This document shows positions 31,183 through 40,212 of a DNA stretch of 43,674 nt, in pieces (the stretch's first letter is position 1; each line of letters opens with the position of its first letter). Below the pieces are notes generated by a model. It did not search any database, had not been told where the DNA came from, and worked only from the letters and a program-made list of their open reading frames with translations. Made by a program: the position numbers and the translations under genes. The stretch comes from Bacteroidales bacterium (GTDB lineage: Bacteria > Bacteroidota > Bacteroidia > Bacteroidales > UBA12077): the NCBI GenBank assembly GCA_028282585.1, contig JANQHR010000099.1, forward strand, positions 1 to 43,674, given 5' to 3'.

Positions 31183-31214
31183 TAAAGCCTGCTAATTTTA
31201 TCAATTAGCAGGCT
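31183..31214 (-). terminator. Hairpin/terminator after the M56 gene
   Basis: Perfect 12-bp stem AGCCTGCTAATT/AATTAGCAGGCT. Confidence 0.75.
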
Positions 31215-31235
31215 CTAAATGGAAATATTCCATTT

Positions 31236-33137
31236 TTATTTTTCTTCTAACTCCAGCTCTTCTAGCTCTTCCAATTTCTCTTCTAATTCTTTTATAATTT
31301 CTTGCTTATCGTTTTCTTCAAAATGCCTTAGACTTTCCTCAATTTTTACTTGAATTTTTTCTTTATCAAAATTATTAAGTTCTTCCTGTATTCTTTGCAT
31401 TTCTTTTTCAATAACCTCAACATCAATACTTTCTTTTATAGTTTCATGAGTTTTTGCCATTTCAACCCTAATTTCTTCCAAATTAATATTGATTTCTCCG
31501 AGTTCATCTATATTGAAATCCATAACAAAATCAAAATCAAGGTTTTCCAAATGTTCCATGTTCATTTCAACTTCTTTCATAATATCCTCTACATCAATCA
31601 TTTCAACCTCTTCCATAGCTTTAGCAATTTCCTCCTGAATTTCAACAACATCGATATGAACGTCTTTCATTGCTTCCTTTACTTCCTTATGAATCTGTTC
31701 ATAATCAACTTCTTCAATATCCTTCATAGCCTCCCGAATATCATCTTTTGCTTCTTTCAAATCATTAATTGTTTCATCTATTTCATCCTGATATTTTGAA
31801 TATTCTTTTTCAGGAATTTTTTCTTCATTAATATATAAATCATATGCTTTCCCATTTTTTATTTTGAATTCAATTTGATGTTTAGTTCCATTCTTTCTGT
31901 ATGTTTTAAAAATTGTATTATCCTCAACTTCAATTTGGTCATTATATTTACCTTTTGTGGATTTTAGGGTATCTTTTTTAAACTCTGTCAGATTCACAAC
32001 CGGTTTTAAGGATTCCTTGCTATCCAGGTCTTTAATTGTTTCTAATGTTTGGTATTCATTGTTTAAATCTGTTGGATAATTATAGGTTTTAGCAGAATAG
32101 GTAAATGATAATGCTAAAACACCCGATAATATAACAACAGCGGCAATAATTCTATCAATAAGGTTTGATTTTACTTTTGGTTTCATAATTAATCTTTTTA
32201 CTCTGTTTAATAAATGTTTTTTCTTACCAGAGAAAGCAACCGCGGAATAATGTTTTCTGAAAGTAAGTTGTTGTATAGAAACCAGCGCCTTTGCATAAAC
32301 CAATGATTCTTCGCATACGGATAATGCCAGGTCATCACAACAGTTTTCTCTCTCTTTTCTAATTTGATTCGAGATATACCAAACTGCCGGATGAAAGAAA
32401 AACAAGGTTTCAACAACTGTTTGTAATACATTAAAAATATAATCGTTACGTCTAATATGAGCTATTTCATGTGCTATAATCGCCTCGATTTGATTAAATG
32501 GCATCTGGGTTAGCATTTCCACCGGGATAATCACAACTGGTTTAAAATAGCCAATAACCATTGGGACTTTTATCAGGTTAGATTCTATGTACCTAATTGT
32601 TCTGTTAACTTTCATATAATGCTGAATAGTTTGAAATCTTTGAATCCATTTTTCACAAACTTCATTAGTGTTTATAAATTTTAACCGATTAGAATAAATA
32701 AAACCAAGAATAAGTTTTAGAATAAAAACAAAAAGCCCTATAATCCAAACATTTACAACAACAGGGAAGTGTTTATCAATTTTTGTCAGTTCATTTTTTA
32801 TACCTGATATAAATTGATTAGATACTATTGCAGCATTTTCTGCTTTTAATTCGATTAACAAGAATTCATTTATTTTTTGATTTTGATTGTCTTTGAACTC
32901 TTGTTCGGAAAGTCCATTATTAAAGTTATTACTAAAGTTAAATACGGTTAAACCTACGAATATTAAAAGACTCGAAAACGCAATTAAATATCTAATTTGA
33001 GCTGCTTTATTCCTTAAAATCCATAGTAGGAGCCCTAAAAAAATAGCAATAACAAATCCTTGCCATAATATGTGAAAAAGGCTCCAGCCTAATGCGTTAA
33101 CTAAATGATCACTTAAAAATTCTGAAAATAATTTCAT
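31236..33137 (-). CDS. M56-family (BlaR1-like) membrane metallopeptidase with acidic coiled-coil C-terminus
   Basis: LGWSLFHILWQG; HEIAHIRRND; FFFHP; RENCCDD. Confidence 0.93.
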   Translation of the reverse strand: MKLFSEFLSDHLVNALGWSLFHILWQGFVIAIFLGLLLWILRNKAAQIRYLIAFSSLLIFVGLTVFNFSNNFNNGLSEQEFKDNQNQKINEFLLIELKAENAAIVSNQFISGIKNELTKIDKHFPVVVNVWIIGLFVFILKLILGFIYSNRLKFINTNEVCEKWIQRFQTIQHYMKVNRTIRYIESNLIKVPMVIGYFKPVVIIPVEMLTQMPFNQIEAIIAHEIAHIRRNDYIFNVLQTVVETLFFFHPAVWYISNQIRKERENCCDDLALSVCEESLVYAKALVSIQQLTFRKHYSAVAFSGKKKHLLNRVKRLIMKPKVKSNLIDRIIAAVVILSGVLALSFTYSAKTYNYPTDLNNEYQTLETIKDLDSKESLKPVVNLTEFKKDTLKSTKGKYNDQIEVEDNTIFKTYRKNGTKHQIEFKIKNGKAYDLYINEEKIPEKEYSKYQDEIDETINDLKEAKDDIREAMKDIEEVDYEQIHKEVKEAMKDVHIDVVEIQEEIAKAMEEVEMIDVEDIMKEVEMNMEHLENLDFDFVMDFNIDELGEININLEEIRVEMAKTHETIKESIDVEVIEKEMQRIQEELNNFDKEKIQVKIEESLRHFEENDKQEIIKELEEKLEELEELELEEK

Positions 33138-33139
33138 GG

Positions 33140-33538
33140 TTAATTAGTTTTATCTTGCTGGTTTTCGATTTCATTAATCAAAGTTTTTATCTCATCCAAT
33201 TCCTTTTTACTCGTTTTATGGTTTCCTAAAGCTTGCATTACCAACTTTGAAGCAGATCCTGAAAAGGTTTTTTTCAAAAAACCGTCTAATAAACGACTTT
33301 TTGTTTCATTCTCATCAATAGTAGGTGTATAAATGTGTTGTCTGTTTTCTTTATTTACATCAAGCATTCCTTTCTCCGCCATAATTTGCATTATTTTTAA
33401 GCTTGTGGTATAACCAACTTCTTTTTCTTCATTTTGCTTCTCATTAATAAATCTTACAGTAGAAGGCCCATGTTCCCATAATAATTGCAATATTTCCAGC
33501 TCTGTTTCCGTTGGGTTATGATTACTTTTTAAACTCAT
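33140..33538 (-). CDS. BlaI/MecI/CopY-family repressor
   Basis: PTETELEILQLLW..GPSTVR, YTT, KG, F.GSAS.LV; ATG at 33538 because the longer ORF start lies inside the operator array. Confidence 0.95.
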   Translation of the reverse strand: MSLKSNHNPTETELEILQLLWEHGPSTVRFINEKQNEEKEVGYTTSLKIMQIMAEKGMLDVNKENRQHIYTPTIDENETKSRLLDGFLKKTFSGSASKLVMQALGNHKTSKKELDEIKTLINEIENQQDKTN

Positions 33539-33573
33539 ATTATAAAGACGATTTGTTATATTAACTGATGCAT

Positions 33574-33645
33574 TACGAAAAATTTCGTAAACAAATATAT
33601 ACGAGAAATTTCGTACTTCCAAATTTCTCTACGATTATTTTCGTA
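33574..33645. promoter_or_regulatory. Three TACGA-N6-TCGTA palindromes interleaved with the blaI promoter
   Basis: Palindromes at 33574-89, 33600-15 and 33630-45; minus-strand TTTG (33620-23)-N20-TATATTTG (33592-99). Confidence 0.85.
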
Positions 33646-33777
33646 TTTAATACGTTAATTAATTCTAAACAACTGATTTTATGATTTTTATAATTTATTT
33701 ATTAATTATTGTGTTATTTAATTGATAAGTTTTAATTTTAAAACGATAAATAAAAGTTAAACCTAAATTAATTTGAT

Positions 33778-33954
33778 ATGGAAACTACGGAAAAAGTACT
33801 TGATACAATGAAAAAAGCTGGAAAGGCTTTAAAAGCCGGGGAAATTGCAGAACTGGCGGGAATGGAAAGGAAAGAAGTAGACAAGGCAATGAAAGTTCTT
33901 AAAAAGGAGGAAAAAATAGTATCTCCTAAAGTTTGTTTTTGGGAACCTAAATAA
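33778..33954 (+). CDS. Small winged-helix protein (58 aa), missing from the ORF track
   Basis: [58 protein letters not shown]; HTH pattern; TAA TAA TAG stops and a terminator follow. Confidence 0.88.
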   Translation: METTEKVLDTMKKAGKALKAGEIAELAGMERKEVDKAMKVLKKEEKIVSPKVCFWEPK

Positions 33955-33971
33955 TAATAGAAGCTAGTATA

Positions 33972-34017
33972 TGAACCAGCACCCCAAAAGTTGAACATAA
34001 CATTTGGGGTGTTTTTT
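33972..34017. terminator. Hairpin terminator resembling an IS3-family end
   Basis: TGAACCAG-CACCCCAAA...TTTGGGGTG-TTTTTT; similar to 12016-12062. Confidence 0.7.
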
Positions 34018-34020
34018 CTT

Positions 34021-34212
34021 TTAACAATTTGTGCATTGAAATGCCATGCATGATCGTGCACATATTCCACAACCTGTACATTTACCATAATCAATCTCAG
34101 GAGCGCTAAAAGAGTCTTTTTGACTAATTGCGCCTACCGGACATATTCCCATAGAAGGACAAGGATGATTTTGAGGACAAAACTTTTCGTTAACAACAAT
34201 ATTTTTTTTCAT
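34021..34212 (-). CDS. Small 4Fe-4S ferredoxin-like protein
   Basis: CPQNHPCP..CPVGAI and CTGCGIC..C motifs; TAGATTTG promoter at 34242-49. Confidence 0.9.
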   Translation of the reverse strand: MKKNIVVNEKFCPQNHPCPSMGICPVGAISQKDSFSAPEIDYGKCTGCGICARSCMAFQCTNC

Positions 34213-34312
34213 AATAATTCCAATTTGGTTTTAAACGTATGCAAATCTAAATGAAATATTTTATATTCCAACATATAGATATGTTAATTTTTAAATAATT
34301 AATATTGTGAAG

Positions 34313-34843
34313 TCAATCAGTAATTTTATAAAGTTCCTTAAGGACTTTTTCGCCTCTATTTTTAAATCCGGGAGTACTATCTTCAAATTGATTTTCAATT
34401 ATCGCAATTAACTCTGAAGCCAAAACAGGTTCTATTTTAACATAATTAAATAATATCTGCATCGAAAACATTTTAACAGCTGTAGGGTAGGCGGGATCTT
34501 CTAACCACGAAAAACAACGATCTATTAGAATACCCAACCGATTTTCGTCCAATTCGCTTAATTTTTTTTCTGAAAGAATTTTTGCAAAATGTCTCTTTTG
34601 GTTATCATATTTTGATTTGGGCAAAAAATCGATTATTTCATTAAGATATGGATCAATTATCGTTGGGTATTTTAACCATAATACTTCAATTACCCATGCT
34701 GCTCTTCCCGAAACATATTTTTCGTTTGTTAAAGCAAGTTCTACTAGTTGTCTGAAGAGTTTCTCATCTTTATCAATGACCGATGCTATATAGTCTGTAT
34801 TCTGCTTTGACAGTTCAGCAAGCAGTTGTTCTCTAAAATTCAT
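34313..34843 (-). CDS. Conserved all-helical (HEAT/ARM-like) hypothetical protein
   Basis: RAAW, CF.WL, A.K..SM, PG...RG.K pattern seen in Bacteroidota hypotheticals. Confidence 0.75.
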   Translation of the reverse strand: MNFREQLLAELSKQNTDYIASVIDKDEKLFRQLVELALTNEKYVSGRAAWVIEVLWLKYPTIIDPYLNEIIDFLPKSKYDNQKRHFAKILSEKKLSELDENRLGILIDRCFSWLEDPAYPTAVKMFSMQILFNYVKIEPVLASELIAIIENQFEDSTPGFKNRGEKVLKELYKITD

Positions 34844-34926
34844 TATATCCTAATTTAAGAACATAAAAATACGAACTATTGAATAAACATTTAATTGTTA
34901 AATCTGTTAATAGTAAAAAATATACA

Positions 34927-35535
34927 ATGAAATCGGTTCTCAAAGCAGGAGTGGTGTTTTTTCTGGTTTTTATAACTTACAAAACCTACTCGCAAAAAAA
35001 TATAAATATGGAAATTGCAACATTTGGATCAGGGTGCTTTTGGTGTACAGAAGCAATTTTTCAGCAATTAAAAGGCGTGGAATCAGCTATCTCCGGATAT
35101 TCAGGCGGAACAGTTAAGAATCCAACATACAAAGAGGTTACTACTGGTAATACAGGGCATGCAGAGGTAATAAATATTACTTATAATCCCGAAATTATTA
35201 GTTTCACAGAATTATTAGAAGTCTTCTGGCAAACTCATGACCCAACTACATTAAACAGGCAAGGAGCCGATGTGGGAACTCAATATAGATCCGCTATTTT
35301 TTACCATAATGAAGAGCAAAAAAAACTAGCTGAAGGATATAAACAAAAGCTTGACGAAGCCAGAATATTCAATAATCCTATTGTTACAGAAATTACAGAA
35401 TTTGATATTTTTTACAAAGCTGAAGATTATCACCAGGAATATTACGAAAATAATAAAACTCAACCATATTGTAACTTTGTTATAACTCCTAAAATTGAAA
35501 AGTTTAAAAAAGTTTTTAAAGATAAATTGAAATAG
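34927..35535 (+). CDS. msrA: Peptide-methionine (S)-S-oxide reductase, likely exported
   Basis: GCFWCTE, GHAEV, HDPTTLNRQGADVGTQYRS, AEDYHQ; signal-like N-terminus from ATG 34927. Confidence 0.95.
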   Translation: MKSVLKAGVVFFLVFITYKTYSQKNINMEIATFGSGCFWCTEAIFQQLKGVESAISGYSGGTVKNPTYKEVTTGNTGHAEVINITYNPEIISFTELLEVFWQTHDPTTLNRQGADVGTQYRSAIFYHNEEQKKLAEGYKQKLDEARIFNNPIVTEITEFDIFYKAEDYHQEYYENNKTQPYCNFVITPKIEKFKKVFKDKLK

Positions 35536-35585
35536 GTTAGCTTATAACAAAAGCGCATTATACAGTCTGGATAATACACTTTTGT

Positions 35586-36755
35586 TTATCGGGCGTTTTT
35601 AAAAGCTAATTCAAGTTTTTCTACTAATCGCTTATATACTTCTTCTTGAGTTCCTATACCATCAATGTTGTAAATGTTTTTCTGTTTTTCATAATAATCT
35701 AATACAGGTGTTGTACGCTTTTGAAAATTTTCAAGTCTTCGAATTATTACCTCAGTCTCCATATCATAGTAACGGGCTCTGCGAGTTTTACTTCTTGCTG
35801 TTAAGCGTTTAATTGATTCCAACGTTGGAACATCCAAATTAAATACGCATGATACAGAAGATCCTAATTTACGAAGTAATCCATCTAAAATATATGCCTG
35901 AACTATAGTTCTTGGGTATCCTTTAAAGAAAAATCCACGTGCTTCGGGATGCGTTTGTATGTGTTTTTCAATCAATTTTATCGCAAACTCATCAGGTACA
36001 ATTTCTCCACGCTCCATATATTCTTTTGCTAATAAACCTGTCTTACTTCCTTTTTCAATTTCCTTGCGTAATAATGAGCCTGTCGAAATGTATACCAGAT
36101 CATATTTTTCAGCAAGTAACTTTCCTTGAGTACCTTTTCCGGAACCGGGAGGACCAAATAAAACAACATTTAACCATGTTTTAGTAAGAGATTGTTCTAC
36201 AACATTCATAATTCTCTGGAATATCTCATCAATTGTACCAACGCCATCCACAGAATAACAAATTCCCTTATCCTTGTAGAAACCTGCTACGGGAATAGTT
36301 TTGTTCTTATATTCTTGCAATCTGTTCTCAATAACTTCCATGGTATCATCAATTCTATTTTCTTTTTGAGCACGTTCTAACATGCGCTCCATTAAAATAT
36401 CCTGCGGAACTTCAAGCGTTACCATACAGTTTAATGAAGTATTTAATTTTAGGAGTAAACCTTCAAGAATATATGCCTGAACAACTGTACGCGGAAAACC
36501 ATCAAATAAAAACCCGTTTACCTCAGTATTTGTTTTTATTTTCTTTTCTATAATTTGAACAATGATTTCATCAGAAACAAGTCCTCCTTTTTCAATTACC
36601 GATTTTGCCTGCATTCCAAGCTCAGATCCTTCAGCAATTTCTTCTCGTAATATATCTCCGGTTGAAATATATGCCAGGTTATACTTTTCAATCAATTTAC
36701 GAGATTGGGTTCCTTTTCCAGCACCTGGTGGGCCAAATAATGCAATGTTAAACAT
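35586..36755 (-). CDS. adk: Adenylate kinase with two tandem ADK domains
   Basis: Two P-loops, GPPGAGKGTQ and GPPGSGKGTQ; ISTG twice; DGFPRT versus KGYPRT. Confidence 0.92.
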   Translation of the reverse strand: MFNIALFGPPGAGKGTQSRKLIEKYNLAYISTGDILREEIAEGSELGMQAKSVIEKGGLVSDEIIVQIIEKKIKTNTEVNGFLFDGFPRTVVQAYILEGLLLKLNTSLNCMVTLEVPQDILMERMLERAQKENRIDDTMEVIENRLQEYKNKTIPVAGFYKDKGICYSVDGVGTIDEIFQRIMNVVEQSLTKTWLNVVLFGPPGSGKGTQGKLLAEKYDLVYISTGSLLRKEIEKGSKTGLLAKEYMERGEIVPDEFAIKLIEKHIQTHPEARGFFFKGYPRTIVQAYILDGLLRKLGSSVSCVFNLDVPTLESIKRLTARSKTRRARYYDMETEVIIRRLENFQKRTTPVLDYYEKQKNIYNIDGIGTQEEVYKRLVEKLELAFKNAR

Positions 36756-36854
36756 AGTTATACTTTAGAGAGTTAATTTGTTCATGGCTAAAATAAAACA
36801 TATTGCTTAATTACACAATTTTAGGAAATGAACTTTTAAGTATCAACTAGAAAT

Positions 36855-36884
36855 AAAAAGTGCACCCATCACTGAATGCACTTT
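36855..36884 (-). terminator. Intrinsic terminator after the YdcF gene
   Basis: Minus strand AAAGTGCATTCA-GTGA-TGGGTGCACTTT-TT. Confidence 0.75.
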
Positions 36885-36911
36885 GATAATATATTGTTTT
36901 GCTGTGTAGAA

Positions 36912-37565
36912 CTACTCTTTAAACTCAATATTTCTTCCTAAAGTACCTCCTAAGCGTTTAAAAAAACCTTTTCTTTCTGTTAAAGAAACAAAATCTTCCA
37001 CATATGCTTGTTCTGAAGGTATTTCATCAAATTCGGGTATTTGCAATGTGTCCAGTAAACCAATTGAAAAAGGTATAAAGTCGATTTGTACACCTAGTCT
37101 TTTTGAAGGTATTTTAACCATCCTGGATTGAAACGGGTCGGTCGCTAGTGCAACTTTTTCAAAACCCAGTTCCTTTGCCAGGTTATAAGAATAATAAACA
37201 TTTTCAACACTGTGTTCCGCATCGGTTTCAACAAATATGTTTTGTTTTGGAATTCCCATTTGTTCGCCATACATGGCCATAATTTTTGATTCAATATATG
37301 GAGTGTAAACCGCCGATCCGGAATAGATAATATTCTTGGCATATCCATTTTTATAAAGATAATATGACCAGTAAATTCTGCCCATTAAAACTCTGCCCCA
37401 GTAATCATCTTTATAAGGTACTCCGGGCACTATAATTGCATCATAAGGAGCATTTAGTTCCACATGTGCAATCGTTTTATCTGGGCTTTTAGCAAATAGC
37501 TTAAACGATCCCAAAAGCAATGCTGTTATACTAAACATTATTATTAAGTTTCGAAATTTTTTCAT
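36912..37565 (-). CDS. YdcF/ElyC/SanA (DUF218) family protein
   Basis: DAIIVPG, IIYSG, E..M, IFVE..A..S.EN, ATD; ATG at 37565 gives a signal-like N-terminus. Confidence 0.85.
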   Translation of the reverse strand: MKKFRNLIIMFSITALLLGSFKLFAKSPDKTIAHVELNAPYDAIIVPGVPYKDDYWGRVLMGRIYWSYYLYKNGYAKNIIYSGSAVYTPYIESKIMAMYGEQMGIPKQNIFVETDAEHSVENVYYSYNLAKELGFEKVALATDPFQSRMVKIPSKRLGVQIDFIPFSIGLLDTLQIPEFDEIPSEQAYVEDFVSLTERKGFFKRLGGTLGRNIEFKE

Positions 37566-37669
37566 AATATTAAAGTTTTTATTCATAAACAGCATTGATG
37601 TTTTTTTGTTCAAAATATTTAATTTTTTTTTAAACAAAACTTTATTATTAACATTTAACCAACCAAACT

Positions 37670-38011
37670 ATGCAACCTATTAAAGCTTTATTACCGGTTT
37701 CTTTATGGCTAATGAGAATTGGCCTGGTTTTATATGCTTACGATGAGTATTTCAAAACATTCACAAAATTTAATCTTGATAAAGTTGAATTTTACATTGC
37801 TTTTTTATTTTTGATTTTTAGTGCAATAATCTTTATAACCGGTATTAAAAAAAGATCTGCTCTAACGGTTATTTCCGGATTCATTATAACCTTAATTTCT
37901 ATTTATAATGTGATTAATACGATTGATGGCGGATTGGATACAGAATTAATAATTAACTTTTTAGTAGCAAGTATTGCAATATTCTTCCTTGCCAATCCAA
38001 ACGGAAAATAG
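37670..38011 (+). CDS. Small four-TM membrane protein (DoxX-like)
   Basis: LMRIGL motif and four hydrophobic helices. Confidence 0.75.
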   Translation: MQPIKALLPVSLWLMRIGLVLYAYDEYFKTFTKFNLDKVEFYIAFLFLIFSAIIFITGIKKRSALTVISGFIITLISIYNVINTIDGGLDTELIINFLVASIAIFFLANPNGK

Positions 38012-38128
38012 ACTTACTTAATATTTCTTTAAAGTGAAAATATTACAGAACATGCTTTGTTTTATAATATTTTCATTTAATTTTAGCCTTCATTTGAAAG
38101 AGCGTTTAAATTTTGTTTAGGGCATATA

Positions 38129-39058
38129 ATGAACAAAATACTTTTATTATATTATTCTCAATCTGGACAATTAACTGAAATTGTAAGAAATTTTGCTAAA
38201 CCATTTGAGAACTCAGATAATTATTCGGTAACTTATGCTAATATCGAACCAGTAAAAGAATATGAGTTTCCCTGGAGCGGTTACAGGTTTTTCGATGCCT
38301 TCCCTGAATCAGTTGAAAGAATTCCCTGTGAGATAAAACCATTGGATCTGGGTGATGAAAATTACGATTTAATTGTATTTGCTTACAGTGTTTGGTATAT
38401 GTCACCTTGCATTCCGTGTAATTCATTTTTACTATCAGATCAAGCCAAAAGGATATTTAAGAATAAGCCGGTAATTACATTGCTTGGAATACGCAATATG
38501 TGGGTCGTTGCACAAGAATATGTAAAAGAAAAAATTGTCGAAAATGGTGGAAATTTGGTTGGTAACATTGTACTACGCGATCGGGCCGAAAATCTTACAG
38601 GAATTATAACGATATCATACTTTATGTTTTCGGGTAAAAAAGGTCGCTTTGCATGGTTCTTTCCAAAGGCGGGTATTTCACAAAAAGATATAGAGGGTGT
38701 TACAAGATTTGGGGAGCTTGCTAAAAGCAGTTTTGAAAATAATAATTTAAACAAACTGCAAACTGAACTTGTTTCAGAAAAAGCAGTTAAGATAAATCCA
38801 TACTTAGTTTCAACTGAAAGAACTGCGTATAAAAGAGTATTTCTTAAATGGTCTGCATTTATGTTGAAGAAAGGAGGACCTGGAAATCCTGAAAGAAAAG
38901 GCAGAGTAAGGGCTTTTGCTTTTTACTTTCCTTTCGCTATTTTGTTAATTGCACCCATTAAGTATATATTTTTTCTTATTTTTGCACCTCTCAGATTGAG
39001 AATAATAAAAAAAGAAATTAAATATTATTCAGGAACTGATTTTAAGTCAAATATTTAG
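38129..39058 (+). CDS. darA: Dialkylresorcinol-condensing enzyme DarA
   Basis: YYSQSGQL, FPW...FFDAFPE, VWY.SP, RNMW..AQE, GNIVL; directly upstream of a DarB-type KAS III. Confidence 0.85.
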   Translation: MNKILLLYYSQSGQLTEIVRNFAKPFENSDNYSVTYANIEPVKEYEFPWSGYRFFDAFPESVERIPCEIKPLDLGDENYDLIVFAYSVWYMSPCIPCNSFLLSDQAKRIFKNKPVITLLGIRNMWVVAQEYVKEKIVENGGNLVGNIVLRDRAENLTGIITISYFMFSGKKGRFAWFFPKAGISQKDIEGVTRFGELAKSSFENNNLNKLQTELVSEKAVKINPYLVSTERTAYKRVFLKWSAFMLKKGGPGNPERKGRVRAFAFYFPFAILLIAPIKYIFFLIFAPLRLRIIKKEIKYYSGTDFKSNI

Positions 39059-39072
39059 AACGATATATAAAA

Positions 39073-40212
39073 ATGCCAAACGTTTATATAAACAACATAG
39101 CAAAATTTCTACCCAACAAACCTGTTTCTAATGATGAAATGGAGTCAATACTCGGGATGGTAAATGGTAATCCCTCTCGATCAAGAAGAATTGTATTGCG
39201 ACAAAACGGTATTCAAAACAGGTATTATGTAATCAATAAAAATGGCGAGATTAAATATAATAACGCAGAAATAACTGCAAACGCAGTTAAAAACCTTGAG
39301 AATGAAAGTTTTTCAGTTAAAGATATTGAGGTTTTGTCTTGCGGAACTTCATTACCAGATCAATTACTCCCTTCTCATGCTTCGATGGTCCATGGAAAAC
39401 TTGAAAACAGAACTTTAGAAGTTATTTCACCATCCGGAGTATGTTGTGCGGGAATGCACTCCATGAAATATGCCTATCTATCCGTAAGATCGGGAGAGTC
39501 TAATAATGCTGTTTCGACCGGATCGGAAGTTATTTCAACCTTATTGCGCGCAGATAAATTTGCAAAGGAGTTAAACTGTACAAACCATTTGGAAAAGAAT
39601 CCTATTATTGCATTCGAGAAAGATTTCTTACGTTGGATGCTCTCCGATGGAGCAGGAGCCATGTTACTTGAGAATAAACCGAATGAAAATGGTATATCAT
39701 TACAAATTGAATGGATCGATACAATATCATATGCAAACGAACTGGAAGCGTGCATGTATGCTGGTTCCGAGAAAAATGAAAATGGCAGTTTGAAGGGTTG
39801 GAAAGAATACGATCCTGAAGTATGGTTAGAACACTCAATTTTTGCGGTAAAACAGGATGTTAGACTATTGGACAAATTTGTTGTTAATCGTTGTATTACT
39901 CCTCTTGCCGCTTCACTTAATAAGAGAAATATAAACAGCTTTAAAAACGTGGATTACTTTTTGCCACACTTGTCTTCTATGTTCTTTAAACAAAGGTTAT
40001 ATGATGAAATGAAAGATCAGGGAATTGAAATTCCTGAAGAAAAGTGGTTCACAAATTTAACCAAAGTAGGAAATGTTGGATCGGCATCAATTTATATTAT
40101 ATTAGATGAATTATTTCATTCCGGTAAATTAAAAAAAGGAGAGAAGATCCTTGTGATGGTTCCTGAAAGCGGACGCTTCTCTTATGCATTCATGTATTTA
40201 ACAGTTGTATAG
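39073..40212 (+). CDS. darB: DarB/StlD-type beta-ketoacyl-ACP synthase III
   Basis: PSHASMVHG, GVCCAG, FLRWMLSDGAGA, PHLSS, GNVGSAS, VPESGRFS. Confidence 0.9.
   Translation: MPNVYINNIAKFLPNKPVSNDEMESILGMVNGNPSRSRRIVLRQNGIQNRYYVINKNGEIKYNNAEITANAVKNLENESFSVKDIEVLSCGTSLPDQLLPSHASMVHGKLENRTLEVISPSGVCCAGMHSMKYAYLSVRSGESNNAVSTGSEVISTLLRADKFAKELNCTNHLEKNPIIAFEKDFLRWMLSDGAGAMLLENKPNENGISLQIEWIDTISYANELEACMYAGSEKNENGSLKGWKEYDPEVWLEHSIFAVKQDVRLLDKFVVNRCITPLAASLNKRNINSFKNVDYFLPHLSSMFFKQRLYDEMKDQGIEIPEEKWFTNLTKVGNVGSASIYIILDELFHSGKLKKGEKILVMVPESGRFSYAFMYLTVV

Noticed and set aside
33539-33622. N-terminal extension of BlaI
   Set aside because: It spans the promoter and operators; the family domain begins after ATG 33538
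33574-33645. Possible mini-CRISPR array
   Set aside because: Repeats are 16 bp with 10-14 bp spacers and there are no cas genes; an operator explains it
33768-34094. 108-aa minus-strand ORF in the track
   Set aside because: It is antisense to the 58-aa wHTH gene and runs through the terminator and the ferredoxin
23094-35535. pcm, rtcB and msrA as a single repair island
   Set aside because: Scattered, with separate promoters and orientations and no shared motif found
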